A stretch of DNA of 63,785 nucleotides, counting the filler, from Chiloscyllium plagiosum (taxonomy: Eukaryota), in assembly GCF_004010195.1 (NCBI RefSeq). It is 5 parts of one record of this genome, joined end to end, with 100 filler letters (N's around TTAATTAATTAA, not from the genome) between each part and the next. Parts side by side here need not be neighbours in the genome. Positions count along the whole stretch, not along the records: positions 6,211 to 22,413 come from NC_057711.1; positions 22,514 to 46,356 come from NC_057711.1; 3 more parts are not named here. One strand, 5' to 3'. The notes below the pieces were generated by a model. It did not search any database and was not told the origin of the DNA. It was given only the letters and a program-made list of their open reading frames with translations. The position numbers and the translations under genes are program-made. Positions 22,046 through 35,900 of the stretch are shown piece by piece; position 1 is the stretch's first letter; each line of letters opens with the position of its first letter.

Positions 22046-24935
22046 TATAGAGTCATAGAGATGTAAAGCATGGAAACAGACCCTTCGGTCCAACCCATCC
22101 ACGCTGACTCAATCTAGTCCCATCTGCCAGCACCCGGCCCATATCCCTCCAAACCCTTCCTATTCATGTACCCATCCAAATGCCTCTTAAATGTTGCAAT
22201 TGTACCAGCCTCCACCACTTCTTCTGGCAGCTCATTTCCACCCTCTGCATGAAAAAGTTGCCCCGTAGGTCTCTTTTATATTTTTCCCCTCTCACCCTAA
22301 ACCTATGCCCTCTAGTTCTGGACTCCCCGACCCCAGGGAAAATACTTTGTCTATTTATCCTATCCATGCCCCTCATCATTTTGTAAACCTCTATAAGGTC
22401 ACCCCTCAGCCTCNNNNNNNNNNNNNNNNNNNNNNNNNNNNNNNNNNNNNNNNNNNNTTAATTAATTAANNNNNNNNNNNNNNNNNNNNNNNNNNNNNNN
22501 NNNNNNNNNNNNNGGGCCCTATTCTCTCCCTAGTTACCCTTTTGTCCTTAATGTATTTGTAAAATCCCTTTGGATTCTCCTTAATTCTATTTGCCAAAGC
22601 TATCTCATGTCCCCGTTTTGCCTTCCTGATTTCCCTCTTAAGTATACTCCTACTTTCTTTATACTCTTCTAAGGATTCACTCGATCTATCCTGTCTGTAC
22701 CTGACATACGCTTCCTTCTTTGTCTTAACCAAACCGTCAATTTCTTTAGTCATCCAGCATTCCCTATACCTATCAGCCTTCCCTTTCACCCTGACAGGAA
22801 TATACTTTCTCTGGATTCTTGTTATCTCATTTCTGAAGGCTTCCCATTTTCCAGCCGTCCCTTTACCTGCGAACATCTGCCTCCAATAAGCTTTCAAAAG
22901 TTTTTGTCTATTACCATCAAAATTGGCCTTTCTCCAATTTAGAACTTCAACTTTTAGATCTGGTCTATCCTTTTCCATCACTATTTTAAAACGAATAACA
23001 TTATGGTCGCTGACCCCAAAGTGCTCCCTCACTGACACCTCAGTCACTTGCCCTGCCTTATTTCCCAAGAGTAGGTCAAGTTTTGCACCTTCTCTAGTAA
23101 GTACATCCGCATACTGAATCAGAAAAGTGTCTTGCACACACTTAAGAAATTCCTCTCCATCTAAACCTTTAACACTATGGCAGTCCCAGTCTATGTTTGG
23201 AAAGTTAAAATCCCCTACCATAACTACTCTATTATGCTTACAGATACTGAGATCTCCTTACAAGTTTGTTTCTCAATTTCCCTCTGACTATTGGGGGGGG
23301 GGGGTCCATAATACAATCCCAATAAGGTGATCATCCCTTTCTTATTTCTCGGTTCCACCCAAATAACTTCCCTGGATGTATTTCCGGGAATATCTTCCCT
23401 CAGTACAGTTGTATGCTATCCCTTATCAAAAATGCCACTCTCCCTCATCTCTTGTCTCCCTTTCTATCCTTCCTATAGCATTAAGCTGGAACATTAAGCT
23501 GCCAGTCCTGCCCAGCCCTGAGCCATGTTTCCATAATTGCTTTGATATCCCAGTCCCATGTTCCTAACCATGCCCTGAGTTCATCTGCTTTCCCTGTTAT
23601 GCACCTTGCATTGAAGTAAATGCAGCTTAATTTATTGGTCCTACCTTGTCCGTGCCTGCCCTGACTGTTTGACGCACTTCTGTTCTCAGCTGTACCCGTC
23701 TCAGATCGATCTCTTTCCTCACTATCTCTCTGGGTCCCACCCACCCCCTCACCTTACTAGTTTAAATCCTCCCAAGCAGTTCTCGCAAATTTCCCTGCCT
23801 GTATATTCGTCCCCTTCCAATTTAGGTGCAATCCGTCCTTCTTGTACAGGTCACTTCTACCCCAAAAGGGATTCCAATGATCCAAAAATGTGAATCCTTC
23901 TCCCATCACCAGCTCCTCAGCCATGCATTCATCTGCTCTATCCTCCTATTCCTGCCCTCACGAGCTCGTAGCACTGGGAGTAATCCAGATATTACTACCC
24001 TTGAGGACTCCTTTTTAAATTTCTGCCTAACTCTCTGTAATCTCCCTTCAGAATCTCAACCTTTTCCCTTCCGATGTCGTTGGTTCCAATGTGGACAATG
24101 ACCTCCTGCTGGCCCCTCTTCCCNNNNNNNNNNNNNNNNNNNNNNNNNNNNNNNNNNNNNNNNNNNNNNNNNNNNNNNNNNNNNNNNNNNNNNNNNNNNN
24201 NNNNNNNNNNNNNNNNNNNNNNNNNNNNNNNNNNNNNNNNNNNNNNNNNNNNNNNNNNNNNNNNNNNNNNNNNNNNNNNNNNNNNNNNNNNNNNNNNNNN
24301 NNNNNNNNNNNNNNNNNNNNNNNNNNNNNNNNNNNNNNNNNNNNNNNNNNNNNNNNNNNNNNNNNNNNNNNNNNNNNNNNNNNNNNNNNNNNNNNNNNNN
24401 NNNNNNNNNNNNNNNNNNNNNNNNNNNNNNNNNNNNNNNNNNNNNNNNNNNNNNNNNNNNNNNNNNNNNNNNNNNNNNNNNNNNNNNNNNNNNNNNNNNN
24501 NNNNNNNNNNNNNNNNNNNNNNNNNNNNNNNNNNNNNNNNNNNNNNNNNNNNNNNNNNNNNNNACATATAATCAAGAAAGAATCCACTATACTCACTACT
24601 GCAGCCTTTCTCTTGGACAGACTTAAAACAACAATTAACTTATCTGATTCTGTGCTGTGAACTTCGCCCAACAGTTCCTCCAAGATTAGTTATGAATTTC
24701 ACTGTTAATTTTCCCAGATGCACTCCGATGTCCAGCAATACACGAATTCAAACAGCAAAGGCGCTAACTGTGCAGGTTGTCTCTCGCTCTCTCCTGCACT
24801 GTCCTCACCATGTGCTTCCTTTGTTCTGCTCTTCTCCCTTTTAAACTGCTGTTGTTTTGACTTTTTTTTTGCAAAGTTCCAAAACAATGCAACAGCACAT
24901 AAAACAGTAATTGCTGCTCCTGGAATTCGAGGACT
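22046..24935 (-). mobile_element. CR1 LINE spanning two gaps (5' UTR, esterase ORF1, EN, 3' end)
   Basis: VIVHIGTNDIG (SGNH ORF1), CIYFNARCI, VGDFNFPNIDW, SDHN; 3' tail at 22046. Confidence 0.9.
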
Positions 24936-25464
24936 GCTGTGCAAGTCGTGAGAAGTCTAAGATTGCAAAACCTGGCTGTGCAACAGTTATCCATCTTATT
25001 AACCTGCACAATAATGCTTCAAATTATTTTCATTGCTTGAGAAAAGCTTTTGAACACTCAGAATGCAAGACAGGTGAAAGTTCTCTGTTTCTTACCATCA
25101 GTTAATTAAGCATTAAACAAATATCTCTTCAATGTACCGAGTGTAACAGGGTTAGAAGGTGGACATGGAGAAAACTGCAGCACAGAGAGATTTGGGAGTC
25201 CTTGTTCTATTATTCTCTGAGTAACTTCTCTCAGAGGGTGGTGAATTTGCTTTTTTTTTAACAGCAGAGGGCTGTGGAGGCTGGGTCATTAAGTATATTT
25301 AAGGCTGAGGTAGACAGATTTTTAATCTATAAAGGTGAATACTGAAATAGAAGGATAATGTGGATAAGTTGGTGCAGGAAGGCGGGCTTTAGATTCCTGG
25401 GACACTCCTCTGGATGTAAAGGAGTCAAAGAAATGCAATATGAGCAAAGTTTCATTTTTTAAAA

Positions 25465-26062
25465 TTTGATTTGATTTATTATTGTCACATGTACCTAGAT
25501 ACAGTGAAAAGTTTTGTTTTGTGTGCAGCACTGGCATTTCATACCATACAAAGTATATCAGGGTAATAGGACAGAGCGAGGATTACAATGTTACAGCTGC
25601 AGAGAAAATGCACAAAGAGGGAGGTAAACATTAAATTTAAAATTTGAGAGGTCCATTAAGAAATCTGCTAACAGTAGAGAAGAAGCAGTTCTTGAATCTG
25701 TTAGTACTATACATGTGTTGAGGGTTTTGTATGTTCTGACCAATGGAAGAGGTGGGAAGAGATTATAACTGGGATGGGAGAGGTCTTTGAAAATGTTAGC
25801 TGCCTTCCCAAGGCAGTGAGAAGTACAGATGGAGACAATAGATGGAGGTTGGCTTTCATGATGGACTAGGCTATGTTCACAACTCTGTAGTTTCTTACAG
25901 TCCTGGGCAGAGCAATTGCCATACCAAGTCATGGTGCATCTGGATAAAATGCTTTCTATGGTGCATCTATTGGCGAGAGTCTTTGTGATGATGCCGAATT
26001 TCCTTAGGAAATAGAGGCATTGATGTGCTTTCTTCACTGTAGCATCAATGGACCAAGGTTTC
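25465..26062 (-). mobile_element. Rex/Babar-type LINE 3' portion
   Basis: VKKAHQCLYFLRKFG..CTIESILSRC.TWYGNCSAQD; ends in (AATCA)n tail near 25465. Confidence 0.75.
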
Positions 26063-26714
26063 AAGTGTTGAAAGCAGTGCAGAGAGAAACAAGATAGAGA
26101 GAAAGAAAGTCATGTACGTCTACAGTGCACTTCATTCCTTCAGGATATCCAAAGCACTTTAAAGACAGTGAAGTACTCTGTGTGATGTAGCCTTTGGCGT
26201 TATGTTAGAAACCTGGAAATCAATTTGTACATTGACAGAAATGTCCCAGACCCTGTGAAAGAGTATAAAAAAATGCAACACCAATGTGAAATGGTTTGGC
26301 ACATGCACTGACATGAATATTGCAGCTCCATAAATACAGGAAATGGTGGTCAGTCAACATCTGGAAAGAGAGGAGGCAGGATAACGAGTTATCAAGAATA
26401 GACCTTCATCAGAACTGAAGAAGCACAGCAAGATTGGTCTAAATTGATTCAATGATATAATACATGTCCACTTCCTGCTGATGTTAAGCAGGGGGCCATT
26501 CAGTTATTGGATCTTCCTATTTCCTCAAATGCGTATGAATATAGTTTGGTTCAAGTAAGACACGCTGTCAGTTTGTTTGGATAGAGTTAAACTCCAATGA
26601 TTGTTTCTTTCCTTGATGTGCTACTGCACAGAACTGAACTGCATCTGTGACTATGTATTACTATATATTTATGAATAAAAATGTTAGAAATAAAAGAAGC
26701 TTATCTGGACATGT

Positions 26715-27462
26715 GACTGTCAAACTCATTTGGCAGAATGCCTCATCACCAGAACTTTCCAATAAGCCCCAAGACATTGGCTGGTGGTGAGAAGGGCACT
26801 ACCTGTGAGATCCTTCATGTACGCCCAGTTGGTCTGCGGCACCATAAGCTGCCCTCAAAGTTGTTGGAGGGGTAGAGACTGTCACACATCTCCTTTTGGA
26901 ATGTGCCTTTGCAAAGGAAGTCTGGAAAAAGATTCAGTGGTTTCTGTCGAGATTCATCCCATGCAGTTCCATGATGCAGGACTCTGTGCTGTACGGTCTG
27001 TTCCCCAGGACCCATGCCAAGACAAACATCAATTGTGCATGGGGGAGCTATCAACTCAGTGAAAGACGCTCTTTGGTGTGCCTGAAACTTGTTGGTCTTC
27101 CAGAACAAGGAGTTGACTGCAACCAAGTGTTACAGACTGGCACATTCCAAGGTCTAGGACTACATACTGAGGGATGCAGTAAAGCTTGGAGCAGCTGCCA
27201 CCAAGGCACAGTGGGAAAAGACCACTGTCTGAGGTCTTACTTCTGAAGGTAAGTGGGGGTCCATTCAGAGATCATAACCTCCTGGTGCCTCAAATGCATG
27301 TAAACTTTGTTTGGCTCAAGTAAGAGATGCCTTTGCTTTGTTTGGATAGAATCAAACTCCAATATTTGTTTCCATATGCTATGGTATGGAACCAAACTGT
27401 GTGTTTGTGACGATGTGCATATATAAAGGTACTACTTTAATAGATATTTTAGTTAAAAGAAA
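26715..27462 (+). mobile_element. Tx1 ORF2 C-terminus and 3' UTR (older subfamily); another 3' UTR precedes at ~26475-26695
   Basis: IWQNASSPELSNK, LVVRRALPVRSF, ECAFAKEVWK, GKTTV*. Confidence 0.8.
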
Positions 27463-27474
27463 ATTTTCTTTTTC

Positions 27475-29690
27475 CATATAAAATTGCAAAAAATTTCAAC
27501 ACCAACAAACCAAGGGAGAGAAAGAAAGACCTTACTCTATATGTATATAACAATAAAAGAGAGAGAGAGAGAAAAGCAACAATACCAACGACATAAAGAA
27601 AACACAACTATACCCATGTGCAAAATAAGCAAATCACTAAAGGTAATAAATAAATAAACATAGAACATAGAACAATACAGCGCAGAACAGGCCCCTTGGC
27701 CCTCGATGTTGCGCCGACCTGTGGACAAATAAATAAATACCACAGTAAAATATTAACTCCCGACCTCTGAGACCACTAAGAATTACATATGAAGTTATTC
27801 GGAATTCTTCCTTCAAGGACATCAAGTACTCTAGATCAGATCATCATGGCTACATAAAAGCCCTCGTTAAAATGGCAGATAAATCTACATCAAGTAGTCC
27901 AGAAAGATCTCCCATATCCTATAAAGGTTTTCAGTTTTCCAGTGTACCATATTCATAAGGAAGTCCAGAGGGAAATGCTCCTTGTTAAACCGATGCCAAC
28001 CTGACAGACCCGGGGTTGGGGTGTGGGGTGGGGGTGCTGGGGGATTCAGAAACCCAGCACATTAGAATGTTTTTCCTTGCACAAAAAGTGAAAATATTAA
28101 AAAGATTTTTCCCATGAGCATCCAGACATCATATAATTGGGTAGGCCCAGGGGAGGAGAAATAGGGTCCATCTTAACCTCTGACCCCAAGATTCTCTCTA
28201 TAACTCCTGCCACAGCACTCCAATATATACAGAGCCTGTGGCAAGAGTATAAACAATGAATGAGAGTACCAATGCTTATTTTACACTTAGCACAAAAGGA
28301 AGATACTCCACCTTAAACTTTGAGGGATGGTCTAGGGCCAGATGCAAATTCTTTAGCTGCATGGCATGGGATCTATTACAAATCAAGGTCTTCCTCGCAT
28401 TCTCGCCTTGATAGAGATCTCAACCCCTAATTCTCTCACCCAGATCACACTAAGCTGCTCAGCGTCTTCTGAAAGATCACCCTCTAACAAATGATAAAGC
28501 ACACTAATAGAAAGAGTACTTTTAGCATGAAGCGCCCTCTTCTCCACAACAGATCTGCAGGGGTTGGTTAGAAGCATGGTCCCTTTCTGAATAAAATCCC
28601 TGACCGGAAAAAAGCAAAAAAGGTCTTTGCTAACTAGACCATATTTATGGATTATTTGGTCAAATTACATCATTATTTCACCTTCGAATAAATCGCCTAA
28701 ACAGGAGATTCACCTAGCTGCCCAGAGCTGATATCCGATGTCCATTATCCCCGGCTGAAAAACTGGCATATCTGCAATAGGGATAAGAAAGGACATTTTG
28801 GGCATATTATCCTCCCTCTGCCACATTATCCTCCATGCCTTAACAGTATTAATATTGCATGACTCCCTTCATATTGTCTAAGAATAGCAGACTAATAAGA
28901 GGACACTTTGCCTGGGAGGCCTCAATATCTAGCCACATTGGCTCTGGGTCCTTAGAAGCCCAATGACTAACGAAAGATAGAAGAGAACTCAATTGATATT
29001 TTTTAATAGAACAAAGAGAACAAAGAAAATTTACAGCCCAGGAACAGGCCCTTCAGCCCTCCAAGCCTGTGCTAATCCAAATCCACTGTCTAAACCTATT
29101 GCCCAATTTCTAAGGACCTGTATCCCTCTGCTCCCCACCTACTCACGCATCTGTCCAGACGTACCTTAAATAAATCTACCATGCCTGCCTCTACTACTTC
29201 TGCTATATCCAGGAAATCCACTCCACCCAACCCTTGAGGCAACTGTAATTTAGACAACTTGATAGGAGGCTGCCTGCGGCGCCAAATAAAGGAACTAAAC
29301 CATCCATTCAGTTTCTGGAATGTCCACCGAGGGAAAATCAAAGGAAGCATTCATATAGGATAGAGAAAACCAGGGAGAACATCTATTTTGATAAGAGATA
29401 CCTGGCCTAGCCAGGATATTGGAAGCGCATCCCATCATTGAAGATCTTACTTAATCCTATTGAGCAAATGGGCAAAATTGGCTTTAAACAACCAATCAAA
29501 GTCAAGAGTGACAAAGATGCCCAGGCTAAAATAAAAGCCCTCCTGTGATCACTTGAATGGGAACCGTAATTCACCCTCCACCTCATATATTCTCCTAAGA
29601 CCCCTTATAGGCAGAGCCTCAGATTTTGAGAAGTTACTCTTATAATCTGAAAAGGAGCCAAATGAATTGATGCATTGAATGGGATGGGAT
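27475..29690 (-). mobile_element. L1-clade LINE ORF2 3' half (decayed) with two short CR1-tail insertions (27659-27726, ~29009-29203)
   Basis: FGSFSDYKSNFSKSEALP, FSSFIWRRRQPPIKLSKLQLPQGLGGVDFLDI; 68-bp insert flanked by AAATAAATAAA. Confidence 0.75.
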
Positions 29691-29729
29691 ACAGAGACCT
29701 GTGGATTTGACAGAAAAGCCAGAACGAGT

Positions 29730-29938
29730 GGGCAGCACGGTGGCACAGTAGTTAGCACTGCTGCCTCACAGCGCCAGAGACCCGGGTTCAATTCCCGCCT
29801 CAGGCGACTGACTGTGTGGAGTTTGCACATTCTCCCCGTGTCTGTGTGGGTTTCCTCCAGGTGCTCCGGTTTCCTCCCACATTCCAAAAATGTGCAGGTC
29901 AGGTGAATTGGCCATGCTAAATTGTCCGTAGTGTTAGG
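29730..29938 (+). mobile_element. HE1-like V-SINE 5' part, abutting a CR1 RT fragment (29939-30074)
   Basis: Intact A/B boxes and V-domain; no SINE tail. Confidence 0.85.
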
Positions 29939-31038
29939 GAGACTTAATGGTAAGGTCCTAGGGAGTGTTGCTGAACAAAGAGACCTTGGAGTGCAGGTTC
30001 ATAGCTCCTTGAAAGTGGAGTCGCAGGTAGATAGGATAGTGAAGAAGGCGTTTGGTATGCTTTCCTTTATTGGTNNNNNNNNNNNNNNNNNNNNNNNNNN
30101 NNNNNNNNNNNNNNNNNNNNNNNNNNNNNNNNNNNNNNNNNNNNNNNNNNNNNNNNNNNNNNNNNNNNNNNNNNNNNNNNNNNNNNNNNNNNNNNNNNNN
30201 NNNNNNNNNNNNNNNNNNNNNNNNNNNNNNNNNNNNNNNNNNNNNNNNNNNNNNNNNNNNNNNNNNNNNNNNNNNNNNNNNNNNNNNNNNNNNNNNNNNN
30301 NNNNNNNNNNNNNNNNNNNNNNNNNNNNNNNNNNNNNNNNNNNNNNNNNNNNNNNNNNNNNNNNNNNNNNNNNNNNNNNNNNNNNNNNNNNNNNNNNNNN
30401 NNNNNNNNNNNNNNNNNNNNNNNNNNNNNNNNNNNNNNNNNNNNNNNNNNNNNNNNNNNNNNNNNNNNNNNNNNNNNNNNNNNNNNNNNNNNNNNNNNNN
30501 NNNNNNNNNNNNNNNNNNNNNNNNNNNNNNNNNNNNNNNNNNNNNNNNNNNNNNNNNNNNNNNNNNNNNNNNNNNNNNNNNNNNNNNNNNNNNNNNNNNN
30601 NNNNNNNNNNNNNNNNNNNNNNNNNNNNNNNNNNNNNNNNNNNNNNNNNNNNNNNNNNNNNNNNNNNNNNNNNNNNNNNNNNNNNNNNNNNNNNNNNNNN
30701 NNNNNNNNNNNNNNNNNNNNNNNNNNNNNNNNNNNNNNNNNNNNNNNNNNNNNNNNNNNNNNNNNNNNNNNNNNNNNNNNNNNNNNNNNNNNNNNNNNNN
30801 NNNNNNNNNNNNNNNNNNNNNNNNNNNNNNNNNNNNNNNNNNNNNNNNNNNNNNNNNNNNNNNNNNNNNNNNNNNNNNNNNNNNNNNNNNNNNNNNNNNN
30901 NNNNNNNNNNNNNNNNNNNNNNNNNNNNNNNNNNNNNNNNNNNNNNNNNNNNNNNNNNNNNNNNNNNNNNNNNNNNNNNNNNNNNNNNNNNNNNNNNNNN
31001 NNNNNNNNNNNNNNNNNNNNNNNNNNNNNNNNNNNNNN

Positions 31039-31130
31039 TGCGGTGGCAGGGGAAGGTGCCAGGATGGGAGGGTGGGTTGTAGGGGGGCGTGGACCTGACC
31101 AGGTAGTCACGGAGGGAACGGTCTTTGCGG
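31039..31130 (-). mobile_element. Penelope fragment at gap edge
   Basis: RKDRSLRDYLVRSTPPYNPPSHPGTFPCHR, homologous to 20200-20290. Confidence 0.8.
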
Positions 31131-32012
31131 GTTACAAAGAGTGGGTCTTTGTAACCAGTGTGTCCACATGAAGAGTCCAAGAAAGCGTGTTGTGGATGAC
31201 CACTCCCAGGAGCTTGACACTCTCCACTCGTTCCACCTCTGTGTTGTTACTGTGTAGGGGAGCATGAGTAACATCCCGCCAAAAGTCAATAATGAGTTTC
31301 TTGGTGTTGCCGGCATTGAAAGCTAGGTTGGTCTCAGTGCACCATTTTTCCAGGTCCTCTACCTCCCTTCTGTTATCTGTTTCGTCACCATCTGAGATTC
31401 AAACAACTATGGTGGTGTCATCAGCGAACTTGTAAATAGCATTTGTCTGGTATTTGGCGATGCAGTCTGGTGAGTACAGTAAGGGGCTCAGTAAGCACCC
31501 CTGGTGGGCTCCAGTGTTGAGCGTTAGTGAGGATGAAATATTGTCCCCAATCTTCATTGTGGCCTGTGGGTCAGGAAATTGAGGATCCAGTTGCAGACAG
31601 TGGGGCTTAGTCCGAGATCACTAAATTTAGTAATCAGTCTTGAGGGGATAATAGTGTTGAAGGCTGAACTGTAGTCAATAAGTAGGATTCTTACATAGCT
31701 GTTCTTGGTGTCAAGATGTTCTCAGGAGGAGTGAAGGGCAAGTGATATGACATCTGATATGGATCTATTAGTTCAATAGGCAAATTGGAGTGAGTCAGGA
31801 GTATTGGAGAGGCTGGAGTTGATTAATACCATGACCAGCCTTTCAAAGCACTTCATGACCATGGAAGTTAGGGCCACTGGGTGGTAGTCATTGAGACATG
31901 CTGCATGAGCCTTCTTAGGCACAGGGATGATTTTGGCCCTCTTGAAAAGGGCAGGGACAGTGGCAGAGGTTGAAGATGTCCAAGAAGACCTCTGCCAGTT
32001 AATCTGCACATG
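31131..32012 (-). mobile_element. Rex/Babar-type LINE RT fragment
   Basis: FKRAKIIPVPKK..CLNDYHPVALTSMVMKCFERL..LQFAY; GAHQGCLLSPLLY; YKFADDT. Confidence 0.85.
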
Positions 32013-32019
32013 CTGTAAA

Positions 32020-35000
32020 TGCACAGCCTGTTCTCTATCCATCTAGCTAGTACACCCTGGACCCTGTGCAACTTCACCTTTTCCATCAGCCTACCATGGG
32101 GAACCTTATCAAATGCCTTACTCAGGTCCATGTATATGACATCTACAGCCCTTCCCCCATCAATCAATTTTGTCACCTCCTCAAAGAATTCTATTAGGTT
32201 TATAATAGAATGACCTTCCCAGCACAAAACCATGCTGCCCATTACTGATAAGCCCATTTTCTTCTAAATGGGAATAGATCCTATCCCTCAGTGTCTTCTC
32301 CAGCAGCTTCCCTACCACTGACTTCAGGCTCACCAATCTATAATTACCTGGAGTATCCCTGATACCCTTCTTATAGAAGGGGACAACATTAGCAATTCTC
32401 CAGTCCACCGGGACCTCACCCATGTTCAAGGATGCTACAAAGACATCTGTTAAAGCCCCAGCTATTTCCTCTCTTGTTTCCCTCAGTAACCTGGGGTAGA
32501 TCCCATCCAGACCTGGGGACTTGTCTACCCTAATTCCTTTTAGAATATCCAAACTTCCTCACTCCTTATGCCGAGTTGACCTAGAGTAATCAAAGATCTA
32601 TCCCTAATTTCAACATCCGTCATGTTCCTCTCCTCAGTGAATACCAATGCAAAGTACTCGTTAAGAATCTTTTCTCTGACTCCATGCATAACTTCCCTCC
32701 TTTGTCCTTGAGTGCCAACCCTTTCTCTCGTTATCCTCTTGCTCTGGAATTTGGCTTTGGAATTTTCCTTAACCCTGTCTGCTAAAGATATCTCATGGCC
32801 CCTTTTAGCCCTCTTAATTCCTCATTTCAGATTGGTCATACATTCCTGATATTCTTCCAAAGCTTTGTCTGTCTTCAGTTGTCTATACCATATGCACGCA
32901 TCCTTTTTCCTCCTCGCTCGTCTCACAATTTCACCTGTCATCCATGCTTCCCTAATCTTTGCCATTTTGATCCCTCATTTTCACAGGAACGTGCCTCTCC
33001 TGAAGTCTAATCAATCTCTCTTTAAAAGCCTTCCACATATTGAATGTGGATTTCCCTTCAAATAGCTGCTCCCAATCTACATTTCCCAGCTCCTGCCAAA
33101 TTTTGATACAATTGGCCTTCCCCCAAATTAGCACTCTTCCTTTAGCACCACTCTTGTCTTTGTCCATGAGTATTCTAAAACTTATGGAATTGTGATCACT
33201 ATTCCCAAAGTAATCCCCTACTGAAACATCAACCACCTGGTTGGGCTCATGCCCCAACACCAGGTCCAGTATGGCCCCTTCCCGAGTTGGATGATTTATA
33301 TACTGCTCTAGAAAACTCTCCTGGATGCTTCTTACAAATTCTGCTTCATCTAGACCTGTAACACTAGGTGAATCCCAGTCAATGTTGGGAAAATTAAAAT
33401 CTCCTATCACCACCACCCTGTTGCTCCTACATCTTTTCATAATCTGTACATATTTGCACCTCTATCTCATGTTCGCTGTTGGGAGGCCAGTAGTATTTCT
33501 GAGCTCTGCCCATATTGCCTCACTGCTTGAGTCTTCCATAGTACCCTCCTTCAGCACAGCTGTGATATTTTCTTTGACCAGTAATGCAACTCCTCCACTC
33601 CTTTCACCTCACACTCATTCCTGCCTGAAGCATTGATATCCTGGGATGTTTAGTTGCCAATCATGCCCTTCCCTCAACCAAGTCTCAGTAATAGCAATAA
33701 CATCATTCTCCCAGGTACTAGTCAAAGCCCTAAGTTTATCCCCCTGACCTACTATACTTTTTGCATTAAAACAAATGCACCTCAGACTACCAGTCCCTTT
33801 GCTTTCATCATCTGCTCCCTGCCTCCTCTTTTCCTTAGTCATGCTGACTTCATTATCTAGTTCCTTGCAGACTTTAGTTACTGCTTCCTTACTGCCCTCT
33901 AACCTCATTTGGTTCCCAACCCCCTGCCACATTAGTTTAAACCCTCCTCAACTGCGTTAGCAAAAGCGCCCACAAGGGCGTTGGTTCCAGTCTGACCCAG
34001 GTGGAGACCGTCTAATTTGTAATCATCCCACCTCCCACAGAACTGGTCCTAATGTCCCAAAAATCTGAACCCCTCCCTCCTGCACCAACTCTCAAGCCAC
34101 ACATTCATCCTGCTTATTGTATCATTCCTACTCTGACTAGCACGTGGCATTGGTAGCAATACTGAGATTATTACCTCTGAGGTCCTACTTTTTAACTTGG
34201 CTCCTAACTCCCTAAATTCCGCTTGTAGGACCTCATCACAATATTTTTACCTATATCGTTTGTGCTTATATGCACCATGACAACTGGCTGTTCACCCTCC
34301 CCTTTGAGAAATGATCTGCAGCCGATCTGAGACATCTCTGACCCGTGCACTTAGGGGGCAACATACCATTCAGGAGTTTTGTTTCTGACCACAGAACCGC
34401 CTATCTACTCCCCTTACAATTGAATCCCCTATGACTATAGTCCTTCCACGCTTTTTCCCGCCCTTCTGTACAGCAGCCAGCCATGGTGCCTTCCCCTGGT
34501 GAGCCATCTCCCCCAACAGTATCCAAAGCGGTATACATGTTTTGGTGGGAGATGACCGCAGGAGAAACCTGCACTGCCTTCCTGCTCTTTCTCAGCCTTT
34601 TGGTCACCCATTCCCTTTGTCCCTCAGCAATCCTAATCTGCGGTGTGACCAATTCACTAAACATGCCATCCATGACCCCCTCATCATTGCGAATGTTCCA
34701 AAGTGAATCCATCCGCACCTCCAGATATGTCATCCAGTCTAACAAGAGCTGTAGCTGGACATACTTCCTGCATGTGAAGGAGCCAGGGACATTAACTGTG
34801 TCCCTGAGCTACCACATTGAGCCAGAGGAACATAACACGGGTCTGAGATCTCCTGCCATTTTTAACCTTAAACTTAACTTTAGACATAGATGAGGTAAAC
34901 GAAAAAGGAATGGTTTCACCAAATCACTCAATAAACAATAAAAAAGGAAATAGAAAAACCTTACCTGATCAACTCACCTCAGAGTCCTTTCTTTTGATAA

Positions 35001-35322
35001 GAGGAGGAGGGCAGGTGGGAGATACTGTACATATAGTGTCTCAGGTTCAGCTGCTACCCAGATAAAATGGTTTCACTCAACTTCCCAGCAGCCCTCTATC
35101 CTCACTCTCACATTTCGACAAAATGGATGCCCCGACGCCCAAGGTAAGTTTTAAAAATGGTTTCACTCAACTTCCCAGCAGCCCTTTCATCCTCATTCTC
35201 ACCTCTCAACAAATGGTGGCCCCGACGCCCGAGGTAAGTTTTTAAAATGGTTTCACTCAACTTCCCAGCAGTCCTTTCTTCCTCGCTCTCACCTCTTGAC
35301 AAATGGAGGCCCTGAAGCCTGA
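32020..35322 (-). mobile_element. CR1 LINE, 5' UTR through mid-RT (3' part missing)
   Basis: ORF1 coiled-coil/esterase remnants, CICFNAKSI, IGDFNFPNIDW, KSPGLDG, DLSKAFDKVPH. Confidence 0.9.
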
Positions 35323-35328
35323 GGTTTT
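35064..35328. repeat. 90-bp tandem repeat x3 in CR1 5' UTR
   Basis: Units start AAAATGGTTTCACTCAACTTCCCAGCAG at 35064, 35154, 35244. Confidence 0.9.
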
Positions 35329-35812
35329 TAACAGAAGTTCATTTTGAATTTTAGCAGTGTGGTTGCTTCACTGACTGACGTGTTTGGAGATGTGCAGAAA
35401 ATTTCCATGGATTGAGGAATGTCACAAAGCTGTGTTCACCACTGTTCCGGTATTAGTCACACCTAATTATGTAAAGCCATTCAAGGTGGCTATCGATGCG
35501 GGTGATGGAGGAGTTGGTGCCATTCTCTTCCAAGAAGAGCTCAAAAAGAGGACAGAAAATTGAATATTCATCAACAGAAATATTCCACAATTGAGAAGGA
35601 GATCTTGAGCTTGGTGTTCGCTTCGTGACAGTTCAACGTTTACGTTGCTAGTAATGTGCCTGACACAATTATATATATTGATTTTGGAAAAAATTAAGGA
35701 TACAAATTCCAGACTATTTAGGTGGAGCTTATTACTGCAGCAATTCAATTTGAAAATTCTACATGTGGCAGAACAAGAAAACCTAATTTCCAACATGTTG
35801 TCATGACTTTGA
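35323..35812 (+). mobile_element. Gypsy-type LTR retrotransposon RT-connection/RNase H remnant
   Basis: KFILNFSSVVASLTD; PVLVTPNYVKPFKVAIDAGDGGVGAILFQE; QQKYSTIEKEILSLV; NSRLFRWSLLLQQFNLKILHVAEQENLISNMLS. Confidence 0.85.
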
Positions 35813-35900
35813 TGAAGACGGAGGCATTCAATGGTGGGAAATAAATGGACTGAAATGAATTATAATAGCAAATGTTTGCATGCTTAGAGGCAATGTAATG

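Noticed and set aside
29730..30074. New SINE-head/CR1-body chimeric family
   Set aside because: Single instance next to a gap; a deletion or assembly join is the simpler explanation
35064..35328. CRISPR-like array
   Set aside because: Eukaryotic context; whole units are homologous with no unique spacers
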